A stretch of 63,430 nucleotides of DNA, filler included, from Welwitschia mirabilis (Eukaryota): assembly GCA_051453625.1 (NCBI GenBank). It is 6 parts of one record of this genome, joined end to end, with 100 filler letters (N's around TTAATTAATTAA, not from the genome) between each part and the next. Parts side by side here need not be neighbours in the genome. Positions count along the whole stretch, not along the records: positions 1 to 11,957 come from JBOZIK010000001.1; 5 more parts are not named here. One strand, given 5' to 3'. The notes under the pieces were generated by a model. The model did not search any database and had not been told where the DNA came from. It worked only from the letters and a program-made list of their open reading frames with translations. The translations under genes and the position numbers were made by a program. Of this stretch, positions 1 through 12,057 are shown piece after piece; position 1 is the first letter of the stretch; every line of letters starts with the position of its first letter.

Positions 1-578
1 TAAAATTTTCTTTTTGCAGTTGATTCTTTTTTTGATAGGAAGGTAATTAATGAATTTAAAGTGGAATATAAATAATCATCTTATCATCTTCTAGTTATTT
101 TGTAAAAGATTTTATTTTCTTTTATAGACCTAATTGCTATAGAGTAAATGTATCTGCTTCTCTCTAAAAGGCTTTGGTGGTTCTCTTTGAACTTGCATCA
201 TTGATTGATTTATTAAAGGTGCCTCTTCTATACCTGAAATACTAAAGTGGGTCAAAAATAAAACTTCAAATAAGGATGCAACTAAGAGTTCCACATTACC
301 TCTTTTCCTTAAAAAGAATTATGGAACATTTTTATCTAAAAGAATTCTTCTAATTAGTGAGGAAAAATCCCAGTCTAACCTTTGTAATTTTGGCGGTGTT
401 TTTGGTTCTCAATACTAATTTATACAAATAATAAAAGATGTTGAAACCAATTTTAATATTTCTACTTAAGGAATCTCTAATGGAATCCATTAAATATACT
501 CTTAGTATACTCATGTTCTTTTGTTTATTAATGATTGCAGCTAGATTAGAGAATACCATTTTAGAAATGACAAATGCC
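1..578. repeat. Direct repeat of 5311-5889 (second, truncated copy of the coiled-coil accessory ORF region)
   Basis: Both start taaaattttctttttgcagttgattc and stay collinear with scattered substitutions to ...ttagaaatga(c/a)aaatgcc. Confidence 0.95.
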
Positions 579-699
579 ATTAGATGAAATAAGGACATGA
601 GTATACCAACTAAGTAGATTAAATTGTCAAGCAAACACATCAAATTATCAAAATTAAAATGATCCACTTAGAAATTTCATTAATAAATTAAGCAAATCT

Positions 700-2930
700 T
701 AAAATAAGACTAAATCCAACCCTTAAATAAGTCATAAAATATGAAATCATTAAATTAATGTATCCTTGAAGTATTTTTTCCATATCTGATAATGAGTGGG
801 TAGCCCTTGATAGTAGTGCCTATGAAAAGAGGGAAGTTAAGAATGTGTATTAATTTTAGGAAGCTAAATAAAGTACCGAAGAAAGGCTAGTACCCTTTTT
901 CTTGATGAAATACTTGATAGAATCTAAGGAAATGCCTTTTATTGCTTTCTTGATGGGTATAGTGGTTATAATCAGGTTTTATAACTAGTGAGGACTAAGT
1001 AAAAATAACTTTTACTTCATCTTTTGGAACATTTACTTTTAGGCATATACCTTTTAAACTTTAAAAGGCTCCTGATAATTTTCAATGTGTAATGATAAGT
1101 ATCTTTTATGATATCTTAGAGGATTCAATTAAAATTTTTATGTATGACTTCTCAAGCTTTGATGAAAACTTCAAACAAATCTTAGAAAGGTTAGGGAAAG
1201 TCCTTGATAAATGCATTGAGAGTGGCCTACATTTGAGTTGGGAGAAGAGTTTCTTTCTAGTTGATAATGCATCACATTTCTAATATGGGAATTAGGATGA
1301 TCCTTAAAAAGTAAGTATCATTAAAAACCTAACTCCTTTAAGAAATATATAAAATAAGTTTAATATTTCCTTGGTTATTATGATTTTTATCATTGTTTTA
1401 TTTATAATTATGCAAAAATTTGTAAAGCCCTTCATTCATTACTTAAAAAAGAAGCTAAATTTAAATGGAATGAACCTTGTCAGCTTGCTTATAAAACACT
1501 TAAAGATAAAATCTCATTTGCATCTATTATAATGAGACCCAATTGGAATAAAGATTTTAAATTAATGTGTGATGCTAATAATATTGTCATGGGATGGAGT
1601 TCTTAGATAAAAGTATGAAAATAATTTCAAAGTTATATCTTATCATAGAAAAATTTTATCTAAAGCTTAATTGAATTGAGAAAGAAATGCTAGCCATAAT
1701 CCTTTGCCTTGATACTCTTAGACACTACTTTTTAGGCTTCCATATGAATGTTTATACTAATCATGTAACTATTAGATACCTCATGACTAAGAATTATTCT
1801 AGTACTATACTCATTAAATGGATCATCCTTATGTAAGAATTTAATCTTACCATCATTGATAAAGTAGAAAAACATAAAAGTATAGTAGATCATTTATCAT
1901 GGTTTTTCCCTATCTTATTATTGATGATTCTTTTTTGAATGAATAAATTTTTACCATATCTTCTGCTCATCCTTCTCCTTGGTATGCTGACATAGTTAAT
2001 TATCTTATTACTATAAAAATACCAAAACATTGGAGTTATAATTAAATAAAATCTTTTCTTCATAGCAGAGGTGACTATGAATGGATAGAGCCACATATTT
2101 ACCATAGGTGCAAATACTAAATCATGAGAAAATGTATGCCTAAATGGAAAAAATTAGACTTTCTTCATATTTGCCATGGTAATGTTTGTGGAGGTAATTT
2201 TAGTGGACAAAAACTAATAATGTAAATTCTTCACTCTGGTTTTTATTAGCCTAGTCTTTTTTAAGACTATTTTCATATTGATAGAAGGTGTAATGCTTGT
2301 CAACATTATGGTAGTATTATTAATTCTCATGATATACCCCTTAAACCTATTATTGAATGTGAACCTTTTGATTGTTGGGGAATTTATTTTATAGGCCCTA
2401 TTAAACCACCTTCTAATGATAAGAACTATATTTTAGTAGCTATTAATTATGTTACTAAATGGGTTGAAGCTATTCCTCCTTTTACGAATGATGTCCAAAC
2501 TATTTGCAATTTTATTAGAACTTATATTTTTCAATGTTTTGATTTTCCTAGAATTATCATTAATTATTAAGAAACTTATTTTAGTAATTATCTTTTTCAG
2601 AGACTTCTTTTATCTATTGGAATTGAACATAGAGTAGCTTATGCTTATCATCCACAAATCAATAGTTAAGCTGAAAATACAAATAGAGAAATAAAGAAAA
2701 TGCTTCAAAAAATTCTCTTCATTAATAAGAAATCTTAGGCTTCTAATATTAATAATGTTCTTTAGGTTTACTATACTAGTTAGCATAATTCTCTTTAGGT
2801 TTGCATCGTATGAACGTATGTATGAAAAAGCTTGTGTTTTACTAGTTGATGTATCTTATAACTCTTATCATTATTCCCATCAACTTGATCTTCTAGATAT
2901 TTATGAAAATTTTAAAAATAGATTATCCCA
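700..2930 (+). pseudogene. Decayed Athila-like Ty3/gypsy pol (RT-RNase H-integrase)
   Basis: Motifs ISDNEWV, RMCINFRKLN, FYCFLDGYSGYNQ (~938-976), MISIFYDILEDSIKIFMYDFS, FKLMCDANN, CHGNVCGGNFSG..CNACQ, EPFDCWGIYFIGP; many stops and frameshifts. Confidence 0.93.
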
Positions 2931-3180
2931 ACTAATAAGCCTAAAATTTATTTAAAAATACTATAAAATAGTTAACTAATTTTAATAAAATTCCTAAAAA
3001 GAAATTATTATATTAACAAAATGCTGGAAAAACATACAATTAAATTACCACATCTATATAGAGACTCCAATCATTAATAATTTTTATATGGACATTTCTT
3101 TTTCTTTTGCTTTTGACTTAAATAGAGACTTTTAATTGGGACACATACTTTGTCAAAAATGACTATTCATAGCAAAAAAG

Positions 3181-3747
3181 TGTTATGATAGAACTCTTCT
3201 TATAGACAACAATTTACAGAATATGAAGATATAAAAGAACTAGAATAAAGAAAACATAGATAGATTACACACACCAATTATTCCTAGCTGGCATACTATC
3301 TTAATATTAACTCTAACTAACATTAATATTAAGAGCAAGAAAAAATAGCATACAACTTTTTCAAATTACATACTTTAGTAACACAAGATTCTTTTTAAAA
3401 TAATATAGCTTGTATTACTTATCAAGAAAGTATAGTGATTAGCTCCCTTCTGTGTTTTCATAATAGGTACTAGAGCTTAAGAAATTACTTTATAGTTATT
3501 CCACTATGATCTCTTCATCTTAGATGTGCTTTCTAGCTCTTTTCTAAGACTCCTAAAAGATCCTCTTGCCTCCTCCAATATGGCTGTCTACATATATAGT
3601 GGTAGAAAGTTTGTTATTCCTTATTTTATGCCACCTATCTAGTTGTTATAATTACTTTTTCTTTTTATAGCATAGCTCCACTTAACTGATCTACATTACA
3701 AAGTTATCTTATAATAATTTATAATATATTATAATAATATCATAACA
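3181..3747 (-). repeat. Putative 3' LTR of the minus-strand Athila-like element whose pol lies at 8900-10486
   Basis: Perfect 10-bp inverted termini TGTTATGATA (3181) / TATCATAACA (3738-3747); TATA-like ctatatatg on minus strand near 3595; no TSD, consistent with a non-solo LTR. Confidence 0.5.
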
Positions 3748-3789
3748 TTTGATAACATTTTTACATATTCTTTTTTAATGGGGTAAGAA

Positions 3790-6680
3790 CATAGTATAAA
3801 TATACATCCATTTCTAAGTCATTGGTTTTGCTTACACTGAGACCTTTGTTAGTTTCCTAATACGCTTTGTCTTTTTCTTTTCAACTATATCTAATTCTGA
3901 CTTAGTCTATGACTTTTACATTTCTTTTAGCTACTTCATTGCCTCAATTTACTCTTTTAAAAGGGATAAATCATTTAAATTTATATTCTTTTAATCTGAT
4001 TAAGCTACCTTTAGTGGATCCTTTTGATTATTTACTCTTTTTAGTAGTTGAAGTTTTCTTAGACCTTACATGTTGAGTAGGAGAGGGTTTTTTGAATTTT
4101 CTCAATCTAAAATAACTTTTAATTAGAATAGTTTGAATTTCTTCTCCTCCTTCCATTTTGAAGAATATTTTCATGAAGATTTCTTTGAGCGTTCTCATAC
4201 ACTCTAAAAGCTAGTTTCTTTTATTTCTCAAAGAGTTTAAATCCCACTTAGTAACTATAAAAAGACAAATGTCCCTTTTGAAACTTTTATAGACTTGGAG
4301 AGTTCATTACCTTCTAATTCTATCATTTAGCTGCTTCATTCTTGACAATGTGTACCTCCTCTAGGGCTTGGTTGGATACTTGCATAATTTTCTTCCATCC
4401 ATTTTTTGTTTTCTATATCATTTCATTTACAACTTTTTCACAACCATTAAAATAATCATATAGTTTTTGGGCTTAGAGATGCATGCTCCATGGTACCCTC
4501 AAGTTCTCATCCTCAAATTCAATTCTCTTTCCCACTTAGACTTCTAAAAGCTTATTCTTATAAAGAAATCTGCTATTTTCTTCTTTAATATTCTCAATTA
4601 GTTCTGATTGGCTAGGGGAAAACTAATATTTATTTAATGGTATCCAAAATTTGATGCATAAAGATCTCTGTATCCACTGGAGGTATTTTTTATAAAGTAG
4701 ATTGCTAAATTCTTTCTAATATTAGGGTTAATTCATTTTTTAAAACCTTTATTAGACTTTGCTCTAATGAAGAATAATCAATGGCTGTGGAAGAAGGACA
4801 AGTTAATTCTAGCTTTTTGTAAAGGAAAGTAATGTTTCTCTCTTGTATTTCAATTTTCTCCTAATTAATCTGTAACTATTCGAAGGCTTCTACCCATTTT
4901 TGCTTGTGTTTATTATTTTTCTCTTAAATTTTCATATGATTTTAATGCATTCTTCTCAAATCCATATAAATTTTTTCTAAATATTCTTTCTTTAGAGGGA
5001 GGGATGAGAACTTGGTATTATGATGTTTGCTGTGAGTTATGCATTTCAAAAGTTCCAACAAAAAATCTTCTTTATTGGCAAGAATGAGCTATAGTTTTTC
5101 TTTTTTCTCCTTAAGTTCTTATTCTAATTCCTCAATCCAAGCTTAAGCATTGTGTAGAGAGGAACTTTTGAAATTTAAAATGAGAGATTACTCTATCTTC
5201 CAAATGCTAATTTTCCTTCTTTAATTTATTATATTCTCCCTTCCAAAAAGAAATTTTATCTTTGTAAAATTTATTTTCTAGTTCAAAAAATTTAACTTTT
5301 TCTTATAAGCTAAAATTTTCTTTTTGCAGTTGATTCTTTTTTTGATAGGAAGGTAATTAATGAATTTAAAGTGGAATATAAATAATCCACCTTATCATAT
5401 TCTAGTTATTTTGTAAAATATTTTATTTTCTTTTGTAGCCCTAATTACTATAGAGTAAATGTATCTGCTTCTTTCTAAAAGGCTTTGGTGGTTCTGTTTG
5501 AACTTGCATCATTGATTGATTTGTTAAAGGTACTTCTTCTATACCTAAAATACTAAAGTGGGTCAAAACTAAAACTTCAAATAAGGATGCAACTAAGAGT
5601 TCCACATTACCTCTTTTCCTTAAAAATAATTATGAAACATTTTTATTTAAAAGAATTCTTCTAATTAGTGAGGAAAAATCCCAGTCTAACCTTTGTAATT
5701 TTGGTGGTGTTTTTAGTTCTCAATACTAATTTATACAAATATTAAAAGATGTTGAAACTAATTTTAATATTTCTACTTAAGGAATCTCCAATGGCATCCA
5801 TTAAATATACTCTTGGTATACTCATGTCCTTTTGTTTATTAATGATTGCAGCTAGATTAGAGAATACCATTTTAGAAATGAAAAATGCCTAAGGATTCCT
5901 TGCCTTATCGATGTTAAACTATCCATTCTTATGAGTGTTACTTTGAAAATATTTTAGACATAAGGTGGTATTCTTATTTTTACATGATTTTGATAGTATT
6001 TTTCTAGTAGATCATTCCTCAAGAATCATCCTTATTTCATCTAATGAAATATAAATCAGAAAATACCATGAGTAAAAATATCAAGTATTTTGATAGTATT
6101 TTTCCACTAGATCATACCTCAAGAATCATACTTGATAGTGCTCCTCAGAAAATACCATTCGCATTTTATCATAGTAGTTGTTCATTTCATCTAATATTCT
6201 GATCAACTTTTTAAGACAAGCTTCCTCATAAAAAATTAGCTTATAAATTTTTCTCTAGATTTGGATAGAAATTAATTCTTGAAGAGGATCTTTATGTAGT
6301 GAAGATTTCTCAAAGTTGTCCTTCAAGTTTAAATTACCCCTTTAGAAGAGTTTTTTAATAAAGACTAAATTTAAAGGATGTTTTCAATCAATGAAGGATT
6401 ACTCATAAGGGTTTTTTGAGGATTCATTGATAAAGTTATTTTAAAGAATTTGATATAACCATTAATTCACCTTTTAGCTCTTATTTATGGATGCCAAAAT
6501 CAAAGAGAGGTTTTTTTTTTTCTCTAAAGAGTATCTTTGATTAAAAGTTTGAAACACATTAAATCAGCTAGACTGATGTATGAAAAGGGGCTTTAAGGAT
6601 TTCAAAGGACTTGCAGAAGTGGTGATAAGTTAGGAGGAAGACAAATCCAACTCATTATTTGATTCATTCCTACTAAGCTC
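3790..6680 (-). pseudogene. Long decayed accessory ORF, coiled-coil rich, unknown family
   Basis: Manual minus-strand translation stays in frame for long stretches, with stops mainly TAA/TAG at likely Gln positions, e.g. KNQLQKENFSL*EKVKFFELENKFYKDKISFWKGEYNKLKKEN and KQKWVEAFE*LQIN*EKIEIQERNITFLYKKLEL. Confidence 0.7.
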
Positions 6681-7110
6681 GAGGAAGAGCTCGAAAAGAA
6701 TCTTTGAACAATAAAAGTTACTCAAAGGGGATTTTTCAACTTAGGTTAAGAGTGAAAAGAGAATAATAAGTAAGTAAAAACTCGAGAGTTTTTTCAAGAC
6801 ATCGTCGAAGGAGATTCGCCATTTGTCAAAAGGGTCTTTGACAGATGATGTGTACCTTTTGATATGTCATTAAAATAGACTCTTTTACTTACACAAGAAT
6901 TCAAAAAGGGTATTTAAGCAATGAAGGTTACTCAAAAAGGGTTCTTTAAATTCATGTAGTTAGTTGGAAATAGTTGCAATAAACATGACATTTATAGATC
7001 AGTTGGAATAAGCAAAGTTGGATTTAAGATTTTATAGATCAAATGAATCTTCTATAAGGGCTCATAAATTGATAAGTTAAGTGCACCTAAGATAATTCAA
7101 ATCTAAAATT

Positions 7111-7903
7111 ATGAATGATTTTCTTTGCTATTACTTTCTAGGTGTAGATATACTATAATTCCTTGAACAATTGCTCATAACCACATTCCCCAAACTAAAT
7201 CAAGTTCTCTTGACACTTAAATTTAACAACTTATTCATGTCTCCTGCTACTTCTCTTTTAGTCAAAAAATCTAGATGCTACCTTTTTAACTTAGGATCCT
7301 CTCAGATAAAGATAAATCTTATGAGTGAAGGAGAGGATTCTCTTCAGATCTTTATTTAAAGTATTTGCACTCCTGATATTCCTTCCTACAACATAGTTTC
7401 TGAGTTACTCAATGCTTTTGATAACATCCTCTAAGAGAATAAAAGGAATTGATTTAGATATGGAGAAATTCCACCTTAATTTGGCCCTATAGTTCATAAC
7501 TTGTGTATAAAGTATTTGAAATCTGGGTTACAGAGCTGAGTTCTACCCTAACTAAGAAGTTCAATAGGTATGATGCATCCTTCGAGCAATTTGAAGGTCA
7601 AATTGAGCATGAAGTGTGTCAAATTCAACATGAAGGGTACAATATACTAAAGTTGGTAATCTAGTTCTAAGCCTATCTAATATCTCCTTCAATGAGGATT
7701 ACTTGAAAAGTTATGAACCCTAAAATGACTTAGCTTATTAGAACTTTTAGGATACCCACAACATAGAGATTGGGATTCTTACTAGTTTCTTACACCATTT
7801 ACATTTGCTTCCTCCCATAGAAACTTCTAATCAGAGAGGTATAGGAGGAAGAACAAGTTTATGGGTCAATTTTTCTAAGATTTATGAGACTAATTTTAGA
7901 TGA
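7111..7903 (+). pseudogene. Decayed ORF antisense to pol, unknown product
   Basis: ATG at 7111 is in frame with track ORF 7171-7359; it continues through TAA/TGA stops and one frameshift to ...GRTSLWVNFSKIYETNFR*. Confidence 0.45.
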
Positions 7904-8207
7904 TTTTATCTTTTCTCTTTAGTTGCTGTCTATCTTGCCTTACCTACCTTTTTAGCATAAATGTATTTCCTGGTTAAAACTCTTTTTATTTGAAAAATAA
8001 AACATAAGGACTTTTATTAGTTGTATTATGAAATAAAGTATTTTATTATAAGCTTTAGCTATTTTTATTATATACTCAATTTTCTTATATCAAATTATAA
8101 AAATTAATTGAATGTTAAGCACTTTTATCTTCAAAAAAGTTTATAACTTGAAAATTAGTAGAAGAAAGATACATTTATTCAAACATTTTGAATGTTAAAA
8201 CAAAATA

Positions 8208-8528
8208 ATGGCATCCTATGTAATAATTTTTTTGGAGGTTTACATAATTTAAAGAAAATATTACATACTAACCACTCCCTAGATAATACCTAAAGAGTGA
8301 TTGTCTTCTTATAATTTCAAGCCAAGAAGCCTTTATTTTAAGAAAGATTTTTGTACCAAAGAGAGTTTAATCACTGCCATGAGAATAAGGAAATATAGAG
8401 TTATAAACCTAGATTATGATGAATTGATCCCTTGGTGGAGTTCTCATAATTACTTATTACACTACCAAAGGTCCCTTTTGGGAATATTTATATTGTGTAC
8501 TTATGGTAGAGCATTGCTCTTTCTTTAA
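8208..8528 (+). pseudogene. Second short decayed antisense ORF, unknown product
   Basis: ATG at 8208 is in frame with track ORF 8301-8528 (…RKYRVINLDYDELIPWWSSHNYLLHYQRS…). Confidence 0.3.
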
Positions 8529-8899
8529 TTTTTTTTTTGGGGTTTTTTTCATCATATAACAAGATAAATTATTACACAAGTACCTTTATTTTCCTTCATA
8601 ATCTATACATTTTTACTATTTATAGCTTCTTCTTTCTTGAGGTCTTACTGATTCTTATAAGAAATACTTTCACCTGTTAAGCAAAAAATTTTATAATCTG
8701 AATAACATCCATTTTCCTTTCTTAAAAGTCAAATCTTATAGGCTTTGATTTATTTATTTGTCATTGTTATATGTATATATATTTTATTTATTATTATTTA
8801 TTTATTATTTATTTTTAATTAATTAATTAATTAATATAGAACTATAGAGGAAAATGTATGGGTAGAATTCTTTCCATCCTATAAGTTTATTCCATTTAT

Positions 8900-10486
8900 T
8901 CTAAGAGTGAAATTCTTTCTATATAAGTCTTGATTCTATGACCATTGAATTGATACATGTCTTTAGTTCCTTCATTAAACACTTTATTATTCTATTAGGT
9001 AAATTTTTTATTAAAGAGTATTGTCTAATCCATTTTTTAGAGTACTTTTATTTTAAGAATATATATTTAAGATAAAAAACCAAGACTTTATCTTTAAATT
9101 TTAAAATTAGTTTTATGAACATTATGGTTATGCCAATCTTTTACTTGTTTTTGGATCAATTCTTTCTTATTAGTTCTTTTCTTCTATCTTCATCTAATTT
9201 ATTCATGTTCTAAATCCTTTTTTTTAAAGATTTATTCAGATTTTGATCTAATTCTTTAGCCAATTTATAAGATGGTAATATTAATTCAATAGGTAAGGTT
9301 ACCATTTTAACATAGAATAACTCATAGGATGTGAAATTGGTATTGTTTTTCCAAGTTATCCTATAGGACTAAAAAGCTTTAGTAAGTTTATATGCCCAGT
9401 TGATTCTTTTAGTATTTACCATATTTGTTAGAATTTAGTTTAATTCTCTATTTGTGACCTCAAATTAATTGTTGGATTGAGGATGGTAAGCAAAAGAGAG
9501 TTTATGATGGACTCTATATTTAGAGAAGAAATTTTTAAAAGATTAAATAGTGAAATGGATTCCTCTATTTGATATAAGACTCCTAGGCATACGAAATAGA
9601 TAAAAAACATTTCTAGATAGGAATTTAACTATAGCTTTAGTAAAATAGTTAGGAATAATCCTAGCTTTAGCGCATTTAGTCAAATAATCCACATAAACTA
9701 GAATATAATCTTTTTCATAGGATTTTGAATTAATGGGTCTAATGAAATCTATTCTCCAAACATCAAAATGTTTCAACAATTGAATCTGTTATTGGAGAAT
9801 TTTCATCACCTTTGATCATGCTCCCTCTCTCTGACACTTGTCACACCTTTTGATATAATTAAAAGAGTTCTTAAATAGAGAAAGTCAATAATATCCTACA
9901 TTTATAATTTTTATAGCTATTCTTTATCCTCTATAATGATCTCTTTCTTCCTCTACATGAAAAATTTGTAGAAGATCCTTCTAATCAAGATCTCTAATAC
10001 CTCTTCTAATGTTAGCAAACTTATAAAATTTTAAGAGGATTTTATTCTCCCATATATAATTTTTTTTACTTCTTTTAGTAACCTCTTTTTCTCATAGTAG
10101 TTCAAGTAAGAAGGCACCTTCTTTCTTACTATATCTACAAAACAAGGTGCTTATTGAAAACTTGGGAGATGATCATTAAGGAAACTATTTTAGATGTTCA
10201 TTTCTTTAGCCTTTTTGGGGAATTTCAATCTAGATAGGTAATCAACCACCACATTTTCTATTCCCTTCTTGTCTATTATCTTTAGATTAAATTCCTACAT
10301 CAAAAGTATCGATCTTATGATTTGAGAATTTTCTTATTTCTTGTTTATTAAAAACCATATGGTGCTATGATCAGTATGAATTTTAATCTCATAACCAAGG
10401 ATATAATGCCTAAAATTATCTAAGGCTATAACTATTGTTAACATCTCTTTCTCTATAACTATGTATTTTTTTAATGTAGAATTGAG
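8900..10486 (-). pseudogene. Decayed Athila-like pol (RNase H C-terminus and integrase), copy 1
   Basis: FDVWRIDFIRP, YILVYVDYLTK, PRSLISNRGIHF; C-terminal YQFNGHRIKTY resembles Athila FKVNGQRLKHY. Confidence 0.9.
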
Positions 10487-10586
10487 NNNNNNNNNNNNNN
10501 NNNNNNNNNNNNNNNNNNNNNNNNNNNNNNNNNNNNNNNNNNNNNNNNNNNNNNNNNNNNNNNNNNNNNNNNNNNNNNNNNNNNNN

Positions 10587-11957
10587 TTACTTTATCTAGA
10601 CTGTGTTCTAATTTTTAAGCTAGTTTATAAGACGTTAATCTTAATTTAAGAGGCAATATTACCTTTTTCCCATAGACTAACTCATAGGGTATGAAACTGA
10701 TACTATTTTTCTAAGTTATCATATAGGCCTATAAAACTTTAGTAATTTTATATAACTAGTCAATTCTTTTGGTATTTATTGTTTTAGTTAGAATTTGGTT
10801 TAATTTCCTATTTGTGACTTCAGCCTGACTGTTGGACTGGGGATGGTAAGTAGAAGAGAGTTTATGATGGAATCCATACTTAAACAAAAACTTTTTAAAG
10901 GATTAACTAGTAAAATAGATCCCTCTATCTAATATAAGACTCCTAGGCATATCAAACTAGTGAAACATATTCCTAGACAAGAATTTAATAATAGTTTCAA
11001 TGGAACAATTAGGAACAACCTCAACTATAGCCTGTTTAGTCAAATAATCTACACAGATCAGAATGTATTCTTTTCTATAAGATTTTGGATAATGGATTTG
11101 ATGAAATATATCCCTCAAATATCAAAAGTTTCTAAGCCTTGAGTCCATTACTGGGGCATTTCCATCACTTTTGACTATGCTCCCTCTCTTTGATACTTGT
11201 TACACCCTTTGGTATAATTGAAAGAATCTTTGAATAGAGAAGGACAATAATATCCTACATTTAGAATTTTTATAGTTGTTCCTTTTCCTCTATAATGACT
11301 TCTTTTTCCCCCATAATGACCTCCTTCTTCCTCTGTATGAAGTGTTTGCAGAAGCTTCTTTTGATCAAGTTCTTCAATACATCTCCTAATGACATCATCC
11401 TTACAAAATCTAAAGAGTATGTTATTCTTTCATATATAATTTTTTACTTCTTTTAACAACCTATTTTTCTCATAATAAGTAAGAAGGTATCTTCTTACTT
11501 ACTAAGAAGTTAGCAATATTTGCAAACCAAAGCATTTATTACAAACTTGCTAGATATTCATTAGGAAAACTACTTTGGGTGTTAATTTGTTCAATCTCTT
11601 TAGGGAATTCCAATCTAGATAGATGATCAGTCATAACATTCTTTATTTTCTTATTTTCTATTATCTTCAAATAAAATTCATGCATCAAAAGTATCCATCT
11701 TATGATTTGAGAATTTGCTTTCTTCTTATTCATTAAAAACTATATGGCACTATGATCCATGTGAATTTTAACCTCATAACCTAGGATATAATGCCTAAAC
11801 ATATCTAAGGCTACCACTATGGCTAGCATATCTTTTTTGATAACTATGTACTTGTGTTGTGTAGAATTAAGATTTTTATTTATATAAGAGATAACATAAG
11901 GTTTACAATCATCATCTTTCTATCCCAAAACAACATTAATAACATATTGTAAATCAT
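10587..11957 (-). pseudogene. Decayed Athila-like pol (RNase H-integrase), paralogous copy 2
   Basis: SQIIRWILLMHEFYLKI..NVMTDHLSRLE; collinear with but diverged from 9230-10480. Confidence 0.9.
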
Positions 11958-12057
11958 NNNNNNNNNNNNNNNNNNNNNNNNNNNNNNNNNNNNNNNNNNN
12001 NTTAATTAATTAANNNNNNNNNNNNNNNNNNNNNNNNNNNNNNNNNNNNNNNNNNNN
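11958..12057. other. Artificial contig spacer (N44-TTAATTAATTAA-N44)
   Basis: Six-frame-stop 12-mer at 12002-12013 embedded in Ns; same design at four other sites. Confidence 0.95.

Noticed and set aside
350..667. 105-aa minus-strand ORF as an independent gene
   Set aside because: It crosses the rearrangement junction at 578-609, so it is chimeric rather than a real gene.
5988..6133. ~45-bp direct repeat at 100-bp offset
   Set aside because: Small local duplication within the decayed ORF; no further structure supportable.
8770..8836. (TA)n/(TTA)n/(TTAA)n run containing TTAATTAATTAA
   Set aside because: No flanking Ns; an ordinary low-complexity microsatellite, not a spacer or functional site.
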